Positions 27,301-40,300 of a stretch of DNA of 64,000 bases are shown in pieces (the first letter of the stretch is position 1; each line of letters opens with the position of its first letter). The stretch comes from Octopus bimaculoides. Lineage: Eukaryota. Both the position numbers and the translations under genes were made by a program. The DNA is taken from NCBI RefSeq assembly GCF_001194135.2, contig NC_068981.1, forward strand, positions 97,039,250 to 97,103,249. Reading direction: 5' to 3'. Under the pieces are notes generated by a model. The model ran no database searches and had not been told where the DNA came from. It saw only the letters and a program-made list of their open reading frames with translations.

Positions 27301-30300
27301 GATTTTGATGACTTTTTAATTACAATTCCTGGCATCAAATATGTCTATAAAAAGCTCTGATTATTTGGTGTCTATGTTGAACTATAAACTAGTGTAGGTA
27401 AGTGAAATTAGATTTCCCTGTTGTATATTTATGTGATTTCTTATCTTTGTTTCATAATTGCCTGTTTTAAACCACACCTAAGTATTCTATAAATTTAAAT
27501 GTAGACCTTAATATGTCACTAGCTCAACAAATGTTGGCTTTGTCCAGGTCAATGTTTAAAATTTTACCTGATGATGGTGGATTGTATATTATGATGTAAT
27601 CTTTTATGACTACATTAAATAAAATGCTACTGAAACAACTGTTGTAAATTTTAAACACCATTTGTGTTTAATTTGTTATACCTATGCCACATGAAGTGCC
27701 CACTGGTGGATCAGATCTATAATTATATATTGGATACTGAAGCTAGGATGCTGGTAGTCACTTTATATACTTGCATATATAAAGTATCTTTTCAATGCTT
27801 GAAATCTTCAATGTTGTTTTATTTAACTGAGCTCTATGTGATTGTACCTAGCCATTTTGGAGTTCTTCAGGTTGATGTGCCTTGATTCTTGAGAGTTTTC
27901 AAAACTAAATTATATATATGTTTGTGTATGTGTGCATGCACTTGCATGCATGTGTGTGTGTTACTGTCTTCTTGCTTTGACATTGCATGTCTGGTCATGG
28001 TAAAATATTACCTTGCTTGGAAACAGGTGAGGGTTGGCAGCAGGAAGAGCATTCAGCTGTAGAAAACCTGCCTCAACAAAATTCCATCCAATTCATATGA
28101 GCATGGAAAAGTTGAACATTAAACTGATGATGATAATGATTTAGTCTAGCATTCTAATGTCTCAGTTACCCTAATTGCCCTTGTTTGTTCCTTTTATTTG
28201 TTGGAGTTCCTTCTACCTTACATCTCTCTTTTAGCTTGTTAATTTCAGTTGTGTATTGGAGGTTATTCCTTAGATAAACTGTGGCTTTGTTCTAATACAA
28301 GCAATATTTTAGTATAAATTTAACCCTTTAGCATTTAAATAGGCTATATCTGGCCAAAATATTTTCCCTGTACTATGTTCAAACTGAACAGTCCTGGCCT
28401 CTTGCACCTACTCTACAATGTAATTCTAAAAATACACAATCACATTATTGAAATCTTTAAGCTACAAAACAATGCTCGATTAATTCAAAACCATTGTGAA
28501 TAAAGAAGCATCACATTTCCCAGAATAATCTGAATGCTAAAGGGCTAAAGTAACTGAAATTGTAATATAATTTCTTTCATGATTTACAACAGAAGTTGAT
28601 TAACATCAATGCTGAGGTTGTAGAGATTGTGTAAACATTAGATGATAAGAATTACTTGCTGACAGTGTTTTTGTTTAAATACAAGCCTGCAGCAGGCCTG
28701 TTTATTTAGCTGTTTGTGTCTGTGAGTTGGAGTGGTTTTACAAAGTAGGTCAGTAAACAGTTTATTTTAGCTTATCTACTTAGATGAATTCTAAATATTT
28801 TAAGATAATGCCATACTAACTATATCAGATGATGCTGTACTGAAGCTAGGATGCTGGTAGTCACTTGTATGTAGTGAGTGGCAGGTTCATATTTCAACAT
28901 GATATAATTGCAATATAAACAATGTAAACAATTTTCTCTCACTACTACAGAATTTACTCTTTTAGATAGCTATTTATCAGTGATCCTTTGCCTACACTCA
29001 TGTTACATTCAATTCTAAATTTTCTAAGGATATGTAATAGGCACACATGTGGCTGTGTTTAAGAACTATGGTACCCAACCAGTGGTTTTGGGTCAATCAC
29101 ACTAAACAGCACTTTGCTCTGTGCTGTCCAAAGCCTTGTTAATGGATTTGGTAGACAAAAACTTAAAGATGTCTATATCCATCCATCCAGGTATGTTGGA
29201 GCAAACAGGTAAAATAGGACTTAAAATTTGAGTAAATGTATATTTTTATTTATTAATATTTAGCAGAAGTAACAGATTGACTCAAAGTCTGAGAGTTTTG
29301 TGCATTGGACTTATCAAACTTATGAAGTTTGATAAGTACCAATGCATGTGGCTCTCAGACCTTGAGTCACTGTGTTACTTCTACTAAATATAAATAAAAT
29401 AATACATATGTATATATATATATTTCACTTAGGCATATTAGAGAATTCAATATACATATGCTTCAGAATGAAGTGTTAGTTGAGTACAGGGTGATAATAA
29501 GAAAATTAAGAAAATTGTATTTCATATTTGAGTCTCTGATGAAGCTATGAGATGTTACTCAAGCACTCAACTATGAGTCTACTGCATCTATAGTAGAAAC
29601 AGCTGTAAGCTAATGAAGTCCATAAGATAATTGTTTATTCCTTTGTCATCTCATTTTCTTATATATGCATATGTATATATATAGGTTTGTGAATGTGTAT
29701 GTTTGTGTCTCCATGTCTTGACATCACATGATAATTGTAAATGAGTGTTGTACAAGCAGTGTTTCATTTCCAGTATTCTGTGAAAATGTGTCTGACCATG
29801 GGGAAATATTACCTTGCTTGGAAACGAGTGAGGCTTGGCAGTAGGAAGGGCAACCATATAGACAACGGCTACCTCAATAAACTCCATCTGACCCATTTAA
29901 TCAGGGAAAAGTGGATGTTAATACAATAATGATGTTGATGATGATGTAAACTCTTGGATTTTTAAATGGCATATAGTATATTTTCTTAAAGTACAAATTA
30001 AATTCATCTAAAAAAAACAAAAAACAAAAAAAAAACACTAGAATATGTTGAAGTAACAGCTACAGAAACAAAATATCAGTACCAGTAAAATTGGTACTGA
30101 GCAATTTTTCTGAGTTCAAATCCTGCTTGAGTAAATTTTTCCTTCCATCTAAACAAAGTTAATAAAATTTATGTCATTTCTCATGTGAACATGTTTGATC
30201 ACGTCACTAAAGTACTAAACCAAGCCACTATTCAATTTCCTATTTACTTTGTTATTCAACTGTTGAGTTTTTCTCAGTCTTAGCTTGACTGCATTGTTAT

Positions 30301-31240
30301 GTAAGTGGGGCAAGTGAAGGTTATTCTTACAATAGAGCATAGTGTCAATAATGGGATGTGAATAAACAATACTTCAGCATACTAGCTGGTTTTACCAATA
30401 TCTTTAGAAGATGGGGGTTAGTGAGTCACTAGCATGGGCAAATTTTATTGTGACATGATTATTGTTAGTGATATAAGCAAAAGATAGTGTCTGAAGCCAA
30501 ATCCTTGCAGTATTTAGTTTTGAAACCCCGAAGAGGTCTGTTATGAAAAGAGCTACTAATCTACAAAAGCAGTTTTTTTTCTAGTACTGTGCTAGCAATG
30601 GCTTTGAAGAGTATATATAATGTCTCTTGAATTGATTAAAGAATTGGCTGTGTAGTAAGAAGCTTGCTTTGCAATCACATGGTTCCAGGTTTAGTCCTAC
30701 TGCATAGAACCTCGGCCAAGTATCTTTTACTATAGCTCCGGGCTGACCTAAGACTTGTGGACAGATTTGGTAGTCAGAGACTGAATGAAGCTCATTGCAC
30801 ACACACACACGCACGCACGCACACACACAGAAATGGATGCGTCACGCTCGGGAGAATAATATATAATCTTATATATATAAAACTGAGAATGTGTGTGTGC
30901 ATCACTAAAACTCAAGAACTACCCAACGGATTCCATTCACATTTTACACATGCCTTACTTAGAGTCCATGCAGTGTTATGGGCCAAAAAAATTTTCAACT
31001 TCTTACCTAATGCGAGTCCGGTGCAATTTCTTATCTCTTACACTATTTCAGTATTAGGTGTCAAAAGTGAAACAATAACATCTCTATTGTAATGTGAGAT
31101 AATACTTTCAGTTTTAATACTTTCACTATGTATATATTAGTTTCACTGTGTATTTTTATATGTTTGCGTATATATATGTATATATTTATATCTTTGTGTA
31201 TGTGTGCGTATATTTGTATGTATATGTATATTTATATATG

Positions 31241-31301
<61 letters not shown>

Positions 31302-34300
31302 NNNNNNNNNNNNNNNNNNNNNNNNNNNNNNNNNNNNNNNNNNNNNNNNNNNNNNNNNNNNNNNNNNNNNNNNNNNNNNNNNNNNNNNNNNNNNNNNNNN
31401 NNNNNNNNNNNNNNNNNNNNNNNNNNNNNNNNNNNNNNNNNNNNNNNNNNNNNNNNNNNNNNNNNNNNNNNNNNNNNNNNNNNNNNNNNNNNNNNNNNNN
31501 NNNNNNNNNNNNNNNNNNNNNNNNNNNNNNNNNNNNNNNNNNNNNNNNNNNNNNNNNNNNNNNNNNNNNNNNNNNNNNNNNNNNNNNNNNNNNNNNNNNN
31601 NNNNNNNNNNNNNNNNNNNNNNNNNNNNNNNNNNNNNNNNNNNNNNNNNNNNNNNNNNNNNNNNNNNNNNNNNNNNNNNNNNNNNNNNNNNNNNNNNNNN
31701 NNNNNNNNNNNNNNNNNNNNNNNNNNNNNNNNNNNNNNNNNNNNNNNNNNNNNNNNNNNNNNNNNNNNNNNNNNNNNNNNNNNNNNACAAATATGAAATT
31801 AAGAAAAATAACACCAGCAATAGTAATAATACCAAAAGTTATGTAGATATGAACAACACAGAGAATATTAGTGAACCTAAGTCGAGTAGTGAATTAGTGC
31901 ACCCCGATAAACAAACAAAAACTGTAAATAATAGTCATCAACACAACATTAGCAAGAGAGATAAATCCTACAACCTCAATAGATATACTAATAAACATAG
32001 TCAATACGAGCATCATGACCAATACTTTACTGAAAGTAAAAATAATACTAATTTCAGCAATTCACAAATCACTAACTACACTAATAATCATGTAGAGACA
32101 CCGAAGAATGCTGACTAGAAACATGTAAAACAATTAATTATAGATAGAACTAAGAACATTAAACCAATAAACATAAAAAATGAAAATTATCGCATCTCAT
32201 GTAATCCTTCCAATAATACACATAACCACAGAAATCACATTAATATAGATAGAAATAAGGAAAAAAAAAAAAAGAAACCAATACTATGTGTAAGAATAGA
32301 TGACCCCCAAAACATAACCTGCTAGTATAATAAAGAAAACAACAATAACACTACTTGGATCATAATACCTTTTGCTAAACATCTAAAATCTAATTTTATT
32401 AAATCCATTAGAAATATAACTAATAGGAGCTTTAAAAACTCTAAATATGCAAAAATATTTAATAACAAAAGAATTAGATTTGGATTTTCAGTCTCTCCTA
32501 ATCCTTTTAGGATAATCTCTTCCTTTAACAATAAGAAACAGGGCCAATTCTATAATAAAAAAAGTCATCTAATATACCTAGTAACTCCAATAATTCTATA
32601 ATTATCAACTACTATTATCATAATAACCAAAACTTCATTACCCCTAATACATATAGACATAACAACATAACACCACCTAATAATTACCTCCGCCAAGGAA
32701 GGAGGTTATGTTTTCATTGACGTTGGTTTGTCCGTCTGTCCCTCTATCTGTCCGTCTGTGTGAAAAATAACTCCAAAAGTTGTGAACGGTATTTGATGAA
32801 ACTTGCAGGGAAAGTTGGTAATGACACAAGGAACAGATGATAAAATTTTGGTAGTGATCTGGGAATTTTTATGGATTCTTGAAGGATTTTTCATTTGTTA
32901 TATTTACTTTACATGAAGTATTACAATGTTACATTCTTTGATTATCTCCCTTGAAAACACGTTCAACGTAACCTATGGTGGCGTTGCTGTTTCCGAAGTT
33001 TATTTTCATTTCTCTATTAGTAATTTTACTTACGTATCTATCTTAAAATGAGCTGCTTGACGGAGGTCTGCGGAGGATGATATGACAAGCCCTAACTATT
33101 GGGATCGACTAAAAAAGCTCAGACTTTGCTCCCTCCACCGCTACTGTGAGCTCTATATCATCTGTATGATGTGGAAAATATTCCATCAACATTGCCCATC
33201 TTTAAAATTCGTCTGAGGCTTGGCCCCCATGCATCCATCCACTACAGAAATGTTCGTGTCGTATTACAACACTATGACAGAACTATTTCACCTCAATTGG
33301 CCCTGCTCTCTTCAACATTGCGCCAGACACAAATAAAGGAGGAAAATGACTTCACGGCATTCAAACGATCCCCAACAAATACCAGATAAACCACCCACAC
33401 CCAGATATGTCTCTGAAAACAATAACCCTGTGCTTGAATGGGCTACGGTTCCCCAGAGCTGATTGTGTATCTCTTCCAGGTGGTGCTATTAAATTAGACA
33501 TGGCCTGAATCAACTTCGGCCAAAACTTATCCAAGTAATCTAATCTATGCTGCACCCTTTTAATCAAAGCATGACAACGTGGGTAGAGGCTGATATCTTA
33601 ACATTTGTGTGTGTATCTGTGTTTCCCCCTACCATTACCTGATAACTGATGTTGGTGTATTTACATCCCTTTAACTTAGCAGTTTGGCAAAAAGACTGAT
33701 AGAATAAGTCCTAGGCTTACAAAGAATAAATCCTGGGGTTGATTTCTTCAACTAAAAACACTTTAAGGCAGTGCTCCCACATACCCACAGTCAAATGACT
33801 GACGCAAGTAAAAGAATTTCGAGCTTTCTTTATCCCAACAGTTTTATCATTTAAAAGCTATCTATTACTAAATCAAAATAGACAAGATAGCTAGACCAGA
33901 TTGATTTGACATACCATACTCTCTTCAGTGTGATAAAATTTTAAAGTTATGTATAAGGGGATTCATGTATTTCCTCATATCAGTTGTCAATTCCAGCCAT
34001 AAACCTAATTAACTAGAGCTTCTGCTCCTACATTTTGGGCCTAATATAGCAAACCTTAGAAATTATGCAACTTTTCATAATGCTTTAAAAAAGCTTGATT
34101 TATATGATCCTCACCCTATTTGGTTTTTTGAATATTCACAAACTTTCTACAGAATACTTCTTGGCAAGATATGGATTTCTATCTTTAGAATAAGAGGCAA
34201 TGCATTAGTTACATTTACCAGAACACTTGTTGAACCACATTTTCTGTAACCTTTTGAGATTGTCTGACATATATTTCATCAAATAGTTTCATATAAGAAG

Positions 34301-37300
34301 CTTATATGAAACTATTTGATGAAATATATGTCAGACAATCTCAAAAGGTTACAGAAAATGTAGTGGAATTTCTACAGAATTTTAACTGTATTAGCTCATG
34401 AAACAATGAAGGCTGCAGAAAGTAAATCCACACTTTTAAGAGATTTTTTATATATGGAATATGTTCAAATATTGTTAGAACCAGGCAACTAAAGAAAAAA
34501 AATCTTAACACTAGATAGTGCCATCAAACAGGCTAAGTCTTTCAAATAAGCTGCAGTAAAACCTAGAACTTGGAGAATAGGCATTTTCTGAGGTAGCTTG
34601 ATGCACCCTTATTCCTCATGTCCAGCTAAAACAGCTGTTTGTGTAAAAGCATAGGATATTGGACTTTTTCCAGTAGCAATTTGAAGATCTATCCTAATGC
34701 CTCATGTTTAGCTAACTCTTCTGCTTATTGAAAGTGTAAAAGCTTTTGTGGGCTATTGTTTACTGTCTGGTGGCAACACTTGTCACACGATTTTGGACAG
34801 TGCTTCTCAAACGTTTTTAATTATTGTACCCCTTTTACTAACACTTTTTAAATGTCCTCTTGCTATGATTCAACAAAATTAAATGTATAACAAAAAATTA
34901 TTGCCAATATGTTGATTCTCATTAAGAGTTTTTGCAGAACATTTTGATTGCTAATGCTATTTGTACATAGAATGAAAATTGAAAATAGAAAATATTTTTG
35001 AAAATTAGGGCAATCTATTATCTATTGCCCCTTTTTGTTCCCAGTATTCATATAATATTTTCTAGTCCCACCACCCTTCTCAGGGTAGTACTGTTCACTT
35101 TGAGAAACACTAATCTAGGGTATTTTCAGTTATTCAATCTGGTTATATTTCTCTAGCTTGTTCATGCTATACTATTGATCTCTTACACCTATAATACAAT
35201 GAAAATTAATGCCACAGTATTTTACATCTCATAAATCTTGGCTCAGCTGAAGATTTCATTTGTCAAAAATTGGCTAATCAACTCAACTTGGAAGTATATC
35301 TTAAAATAGGTATTGTTTCCATGCTTAAATCTAAACTAACAACACAAAGTAATGGGTTCTGTATTATTAAGATATCTTTAACTATTAAATTTATATAAAT
35401 GTAAGACTTACTATTCTTCTGCAACTAAATGCTGGTATAGTACACCTTTTTTTTAAAAATTACATAAAGAGATTAGTGTTATCACATATCAGAACTTTCA
35501 GCACATAACATGGATGGTAAATGATTGTGCTGATGAATGAAGATGATGTTCTTCCTCAATTAAATTTGATTGACTTTTGAACATATCACTCTAAATTGCA
35601 AATCGGTTGTAACCAAACCATACTGATTCAGTGCAGAAGACAAAGAATTTATAGATTTGGAAATTTCAAAACTTTTATAGGAAGGTTTCATAGAACCAAG
35701 TAATTAACCTTCCAATTGTTTTTAAAGTTGTTGGATATAAACAAAAAATAAATGTAAATATAGTCTAACTTCTATTAACTTATGTGGTTAATTACTTTCA
35801 CACAAGGAATTAGGTCTTGATCCAGGATGCCTTTGACCTCAAAATAGTAAGTAAAGTGGATGCTTGACTTTTATTTGTATACTGTGCCAATTGGTTCTCT
35901 AATTATTAAAATAAAAGCTGTCAATCAGAGCAAGTTTCCCTCTATTTGAGGACTGTAAGATGTATGAATTCTATTAAAAAATATGTATTAAATGAACAGC
36001 TGTGGCTGCTAATGACATTTACTTGACCTTTATTATTGGAACAGATCTGTCGAAACTGTGGAGGCGCAATGGCCCAGTGGTTAGAGCAACGGATTTGTGG
36101 TCATAGGATCGCGGTTTCGATTCCTAGACCGAGCGTTGTGAGTGTTTATTGAGTGAAAACACCTAAAGCTCCACGAGGCTCCGGCAGGGGATGGTGGTGA
36201 ACCCTGCTGTACTCTTTCACCACAACTTTCTCTCACTCTTACTTCCTGTTTCTGTTGTGCCTGTAATTCAAAGGGTCAGCCTTGTCACACTCTGTGTCGC
36301 GCTGAATATCCCTGAGAACTACGTTAAGGGTACATGTGTCTGTGGAGTGCTCAACCACTTGCACATTAATTTCATGAGCAGGCTGTTCCGTTGATCGGAT
36401 CAACTGGAACCCTCGACCTCGTAAGCGACGGAGTGCCAACAACAACAAACTGTTGAAACTATTTCTGTGACATTGTCCTTAGGTGGTATATTTTCAAGTT
36501 CCTGAAGTCTGAAAAACTTTCTTATCACATTGAAAAAGCTATCTGTCCATTTGAACATGTCTCTCTATAGACTCTAAACAGTGGTTTGGAAATAGAAAAA
36601 AATATTAATGAAATTTCTGCTTTCTTTCCTTTTTATTAAGAAGACAAAATTGAGATTTGCATTCATATAATCTTCTTTCTTCATGCTATTGGATAAGTTT
36701 AAAAAGTTTGAAACTCTCCTAATTTTATTAAACACAGTAATACATCTGACCCTTTTTTCAATCCACTATACCCCCACCCCATGAGAAACATTGCTTTATA
36801 GGACTACTTCTCCAGTTTCATAATTGAAATGCATACTTCCTATAGTCAACAAATTTTCTATTTGTCAATCCATGCAATGATATAAGTATTTCTGTAAGAA
36901 AATGCCTTACTCATCTCTTTATTTTTGGAATGCCATTGTTTATTCATTTAGTTAGGAGAGGAGCACCTTTATAGCTACCAAGTTGAAACAAGCTGTATGA
37001 CCTGCATATATACTCACAAGATATAATGAAATTATCTGGAACTATACAAAGTTAACCCTTGAAAGTAAAAAGAAATTAAGCATTTTATAATGGGAAGCTG
37101 TTGGATGCTCTACATGCTATACAATCATTGCTATTTGCAGCTACAAATATGCATTGTTATGTACTGCTACACTTCCAAGAAAGGCTGTTCACATTTTCTT
37201 GGGAGCTTTCTATTGGATCAACATTACCTAATATTTTAAACCTGGGACAGTTTATCTGTGTTTGTCATGTATGTAATTCAAAATTTGAATCACAGATGGA

Positions 37301-40300
37301 ACATGTAGAATTTGTGGAGCCTACTCCAAATTACTCTCTTGTTGGATTCATAATTGGTAGGGAAGACGCAATTTCTAAAAGAGATCTGGATCCCTGTGGC
37401 CAGTAGAGAAAAGTATACATCAAAATGTTAACGATGAACATGGTGATGGCATCTTCATTCAGTAACCTAACTTCACTGTGGAGAATCTTGAATATGTTTT
37501 ATTTCATACATCAACAAAAATTTGTAAATCAGTTAATCATTTAAATCTGAAAATTTTATTTTTAATAACTTGTAATAATTTTTTGATTGGCTGCATATCA
37601 TCATCATTACTTTAGCACCCTTAGTCCATGCTGGCATGGGTTCGATGATTTGATAGATCCAACAGGTCAGAGGACTGTATCACACTCCATTGTCTGTTTT
37701 GGCATGATTTCTATGGTTGGATGCCCTTCCCAACACCAACCACTTTACAGAGTATCCTGGGTGGGTGCTTTTTTTGTGTTACTGGCACCATCGAGGTTGT
37801 TTAGTAGCTTGCAAGACAAAGCCACTTGATTGAAGTGGGCTGTATGTAGTGTTGTTGGAGGTAGAAAAAGGTGTCTAGCTGGAAAAGGAGAGAACATTGT
37901 GGTGATGAGGTTCAGCATGCACTCTAAAGATACAAGAGAGTGAATGCTGCTTTTAATATAAATAATTGTGAACTTTGCCTAATTGTGTTTAGAATGAAAA
38001 AAAAAAGGTTAATTATTTTAAAAGTAGACTTGATAAACAGAGATAAGGATTGTATGATGTAGGCAATTTATTTACATATGTGGTAACAATATACTAAAAG
38101 GATGAAATATGATAAAAGATACTTATCTATAAAAATAAGTTATGTCACATTATTTTCCACCACTCCAGCTGCTGACAATATATGCCTCTTTTAAATTGAT
38201 TAAAGGCTATCTGGAATTTTCATCCTCACAACAGGGTCCGCTTTGTCTTTCATACCTAATAATCTTTTTGTCTGTAGGTATAATGTCTGAAATTTTGGGA
38301 GATAGGGCTAGTCAATTACATCAACCCCAGTGCTCAACTGGTGCTTATTTTATCAACCCTGAAAGATGAAAGGCAAACTCAACCTTGGTGGAATTTGAAC
38401 TCAGAACACAAAGACAGATGAAATGCTGCCAAGCATTTTCTCCATCATGCTAATGATTCTGCCAGCTTACCACCTATTTCTTCATACCTAATAATAGTGG
38501 TGTCCACTAAATTACTCTTCAAAAATCTGTGGCTTTCTGCCAATACTAAAAATTATTATTAGCATGAAAAAAATATTTTACTGGTTTCAGTAAGATAGGT
38601 TATTTTTAATTATTATTATTTCCCAGTCTATGTCTGTATGTCTGTGGCTGTAATATGGATAAAGAGATTCAGGTTTATTTAATGATTTGCAACTTAGTGA
38701 AATTCAGCCAAGTATAAATAGATGCTTACATTTAATCACATTTTTATTTCTTTTACTTATTATTGCACTTGCATAATTGTTTGATGAGAAATTGGCAAAA
38801 GTCAAATGGTTAGAGTGTTTCTGAAATGTAGGTAGTACAAGTGCTTCGGTGGCTAAGAGGTTTATGTGTTGAATTTCAGATATTGTTTAGAAGATTTGTA
38901 CTGTATCCTGGGATAAGACATTTCACTCTATTTTGCTCTTTCTTACTTTGTTTAATGAGGGCACATGGTCTAGTGTTTAAGGTGTTGCACTCATGAGTGC
39001 AAGATCATGGTTTCAGTTCCTAGACTGGGTGGGATGCATTGTATTTTTGAGCAAAACACTTCATCTCATGTTGCTCTGTGATCATTTCAACACCTGACAT
39101 GTGGTACACCGTGCACCTGTTCAGACAATGTGAATTTGATGGAGGGAGTGAGCTGATGTATGGCACAAACATTTGATCACTATAAACAAATCATTTGTGC
39201 AGGTCGTTCAGCAAAAGTTGAACACTCGTACATAGTCTACAATGGGAGAGTCCATCATCACTTTGTTTAACCCTTTAGCATTCAGATTATTTATTCACAT
39301 TCTTTTGAATTAATTTCTGATCATAGGCGCAGGAGTGGCTGTGTGGTAAATAGTTTGGTTACCAACCACATGGTTCCGGGTTCAGTCCCACTGCGTGGCA
39401 CCTTGGGCAAGTGTCTTCTTCTATAGCCTCGGGCCGACCAAAGCCTTGTGAGTGGATTTGGTAGACGGAAACTGAAAGAAGCCCGTCGCATATATGTGTG
39501 TGTGTTTGTGTTTGTCCTCCCACCATTGCTTGACAACCGATGGTGGTGTGTTTACGTCCCCATAACTTAGCGGTTCGGCAAAAGAGATAGATAGAATAAG
39601 TACTAGGCTTCCAAAGAATAAGTCCTGGGGTCGATTTGCTCGACTAAAGACTGTGCTCCAGCATGGCTGCAGTCAAATGACTGAAACAAGTAAAAGAGTA
39701 AAAAAAGAGTTAGTAAAAAAGAAAAGAAAGAATTTGGAAAACATTGTATGTCATCAAAACACATACACAATATGTATTTTTCACATTTACAATACATGTA
39801 GACAGTGCACATTGTAAATCATCTAACTACACACCAATTTCTTGTTCTACTACTGGACTGTTCGCTCTTTCTGTAAAAGAAGGGAGAATTTTAGTGTTTT
39901 GTCTGGTGAACAGCAAAGTACTACAAATAGTAGATACTGGCACCAGCGCCATCATCATTACTAACACTATTGCTGCTGCTGTCCCCCTTAAACTGCTTTG
40001 CTGCTAGCTGCATGTGAGAGGGTTTCAATGCACATTCATAGCCTCTACTCTGGCACTCTTGCTCTGTTATCAGGCAAGTGACTTAGTAGGCAATAGAATT
40101 CAATCCCTTATTGAAGCTACAGTGTGGTGATGATGAAAATCTGAAAGAGAGCACACCTTTATCAAATTACCATTGCTGTTCTAGTTACCGATAATATCTT
40201 TGGGTTCTTTATTTAAACCAGCCATATCCAGCCAAAATATTCTAGCTGTTCTATGTTCAAAGCAGCAAGATCAACCTCCCACACCTACCTGCAATGTTAT

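Noticed and set aside
28820-28900. Box C/D snoRNA near the second 29-bp repeat
   Set aside because: C-box-like ATGATGC is imperfect, and I found no properly placed terminal D box or terminal stem.
31128-32118. Long ORF-track entries (222-304 aa)
   Set aside because: Artefacts of translating (TA)n and N runs; only the post-gap part is real sequence and is treated as a Penelope-like relic.
36060-36135. Functional tRNA genes at SINE heads (also 53110 and 39325)
   Set aside because: A/B boxes are present but acceptor and anticodon stems do not close, and each continues into repeat body sequence.
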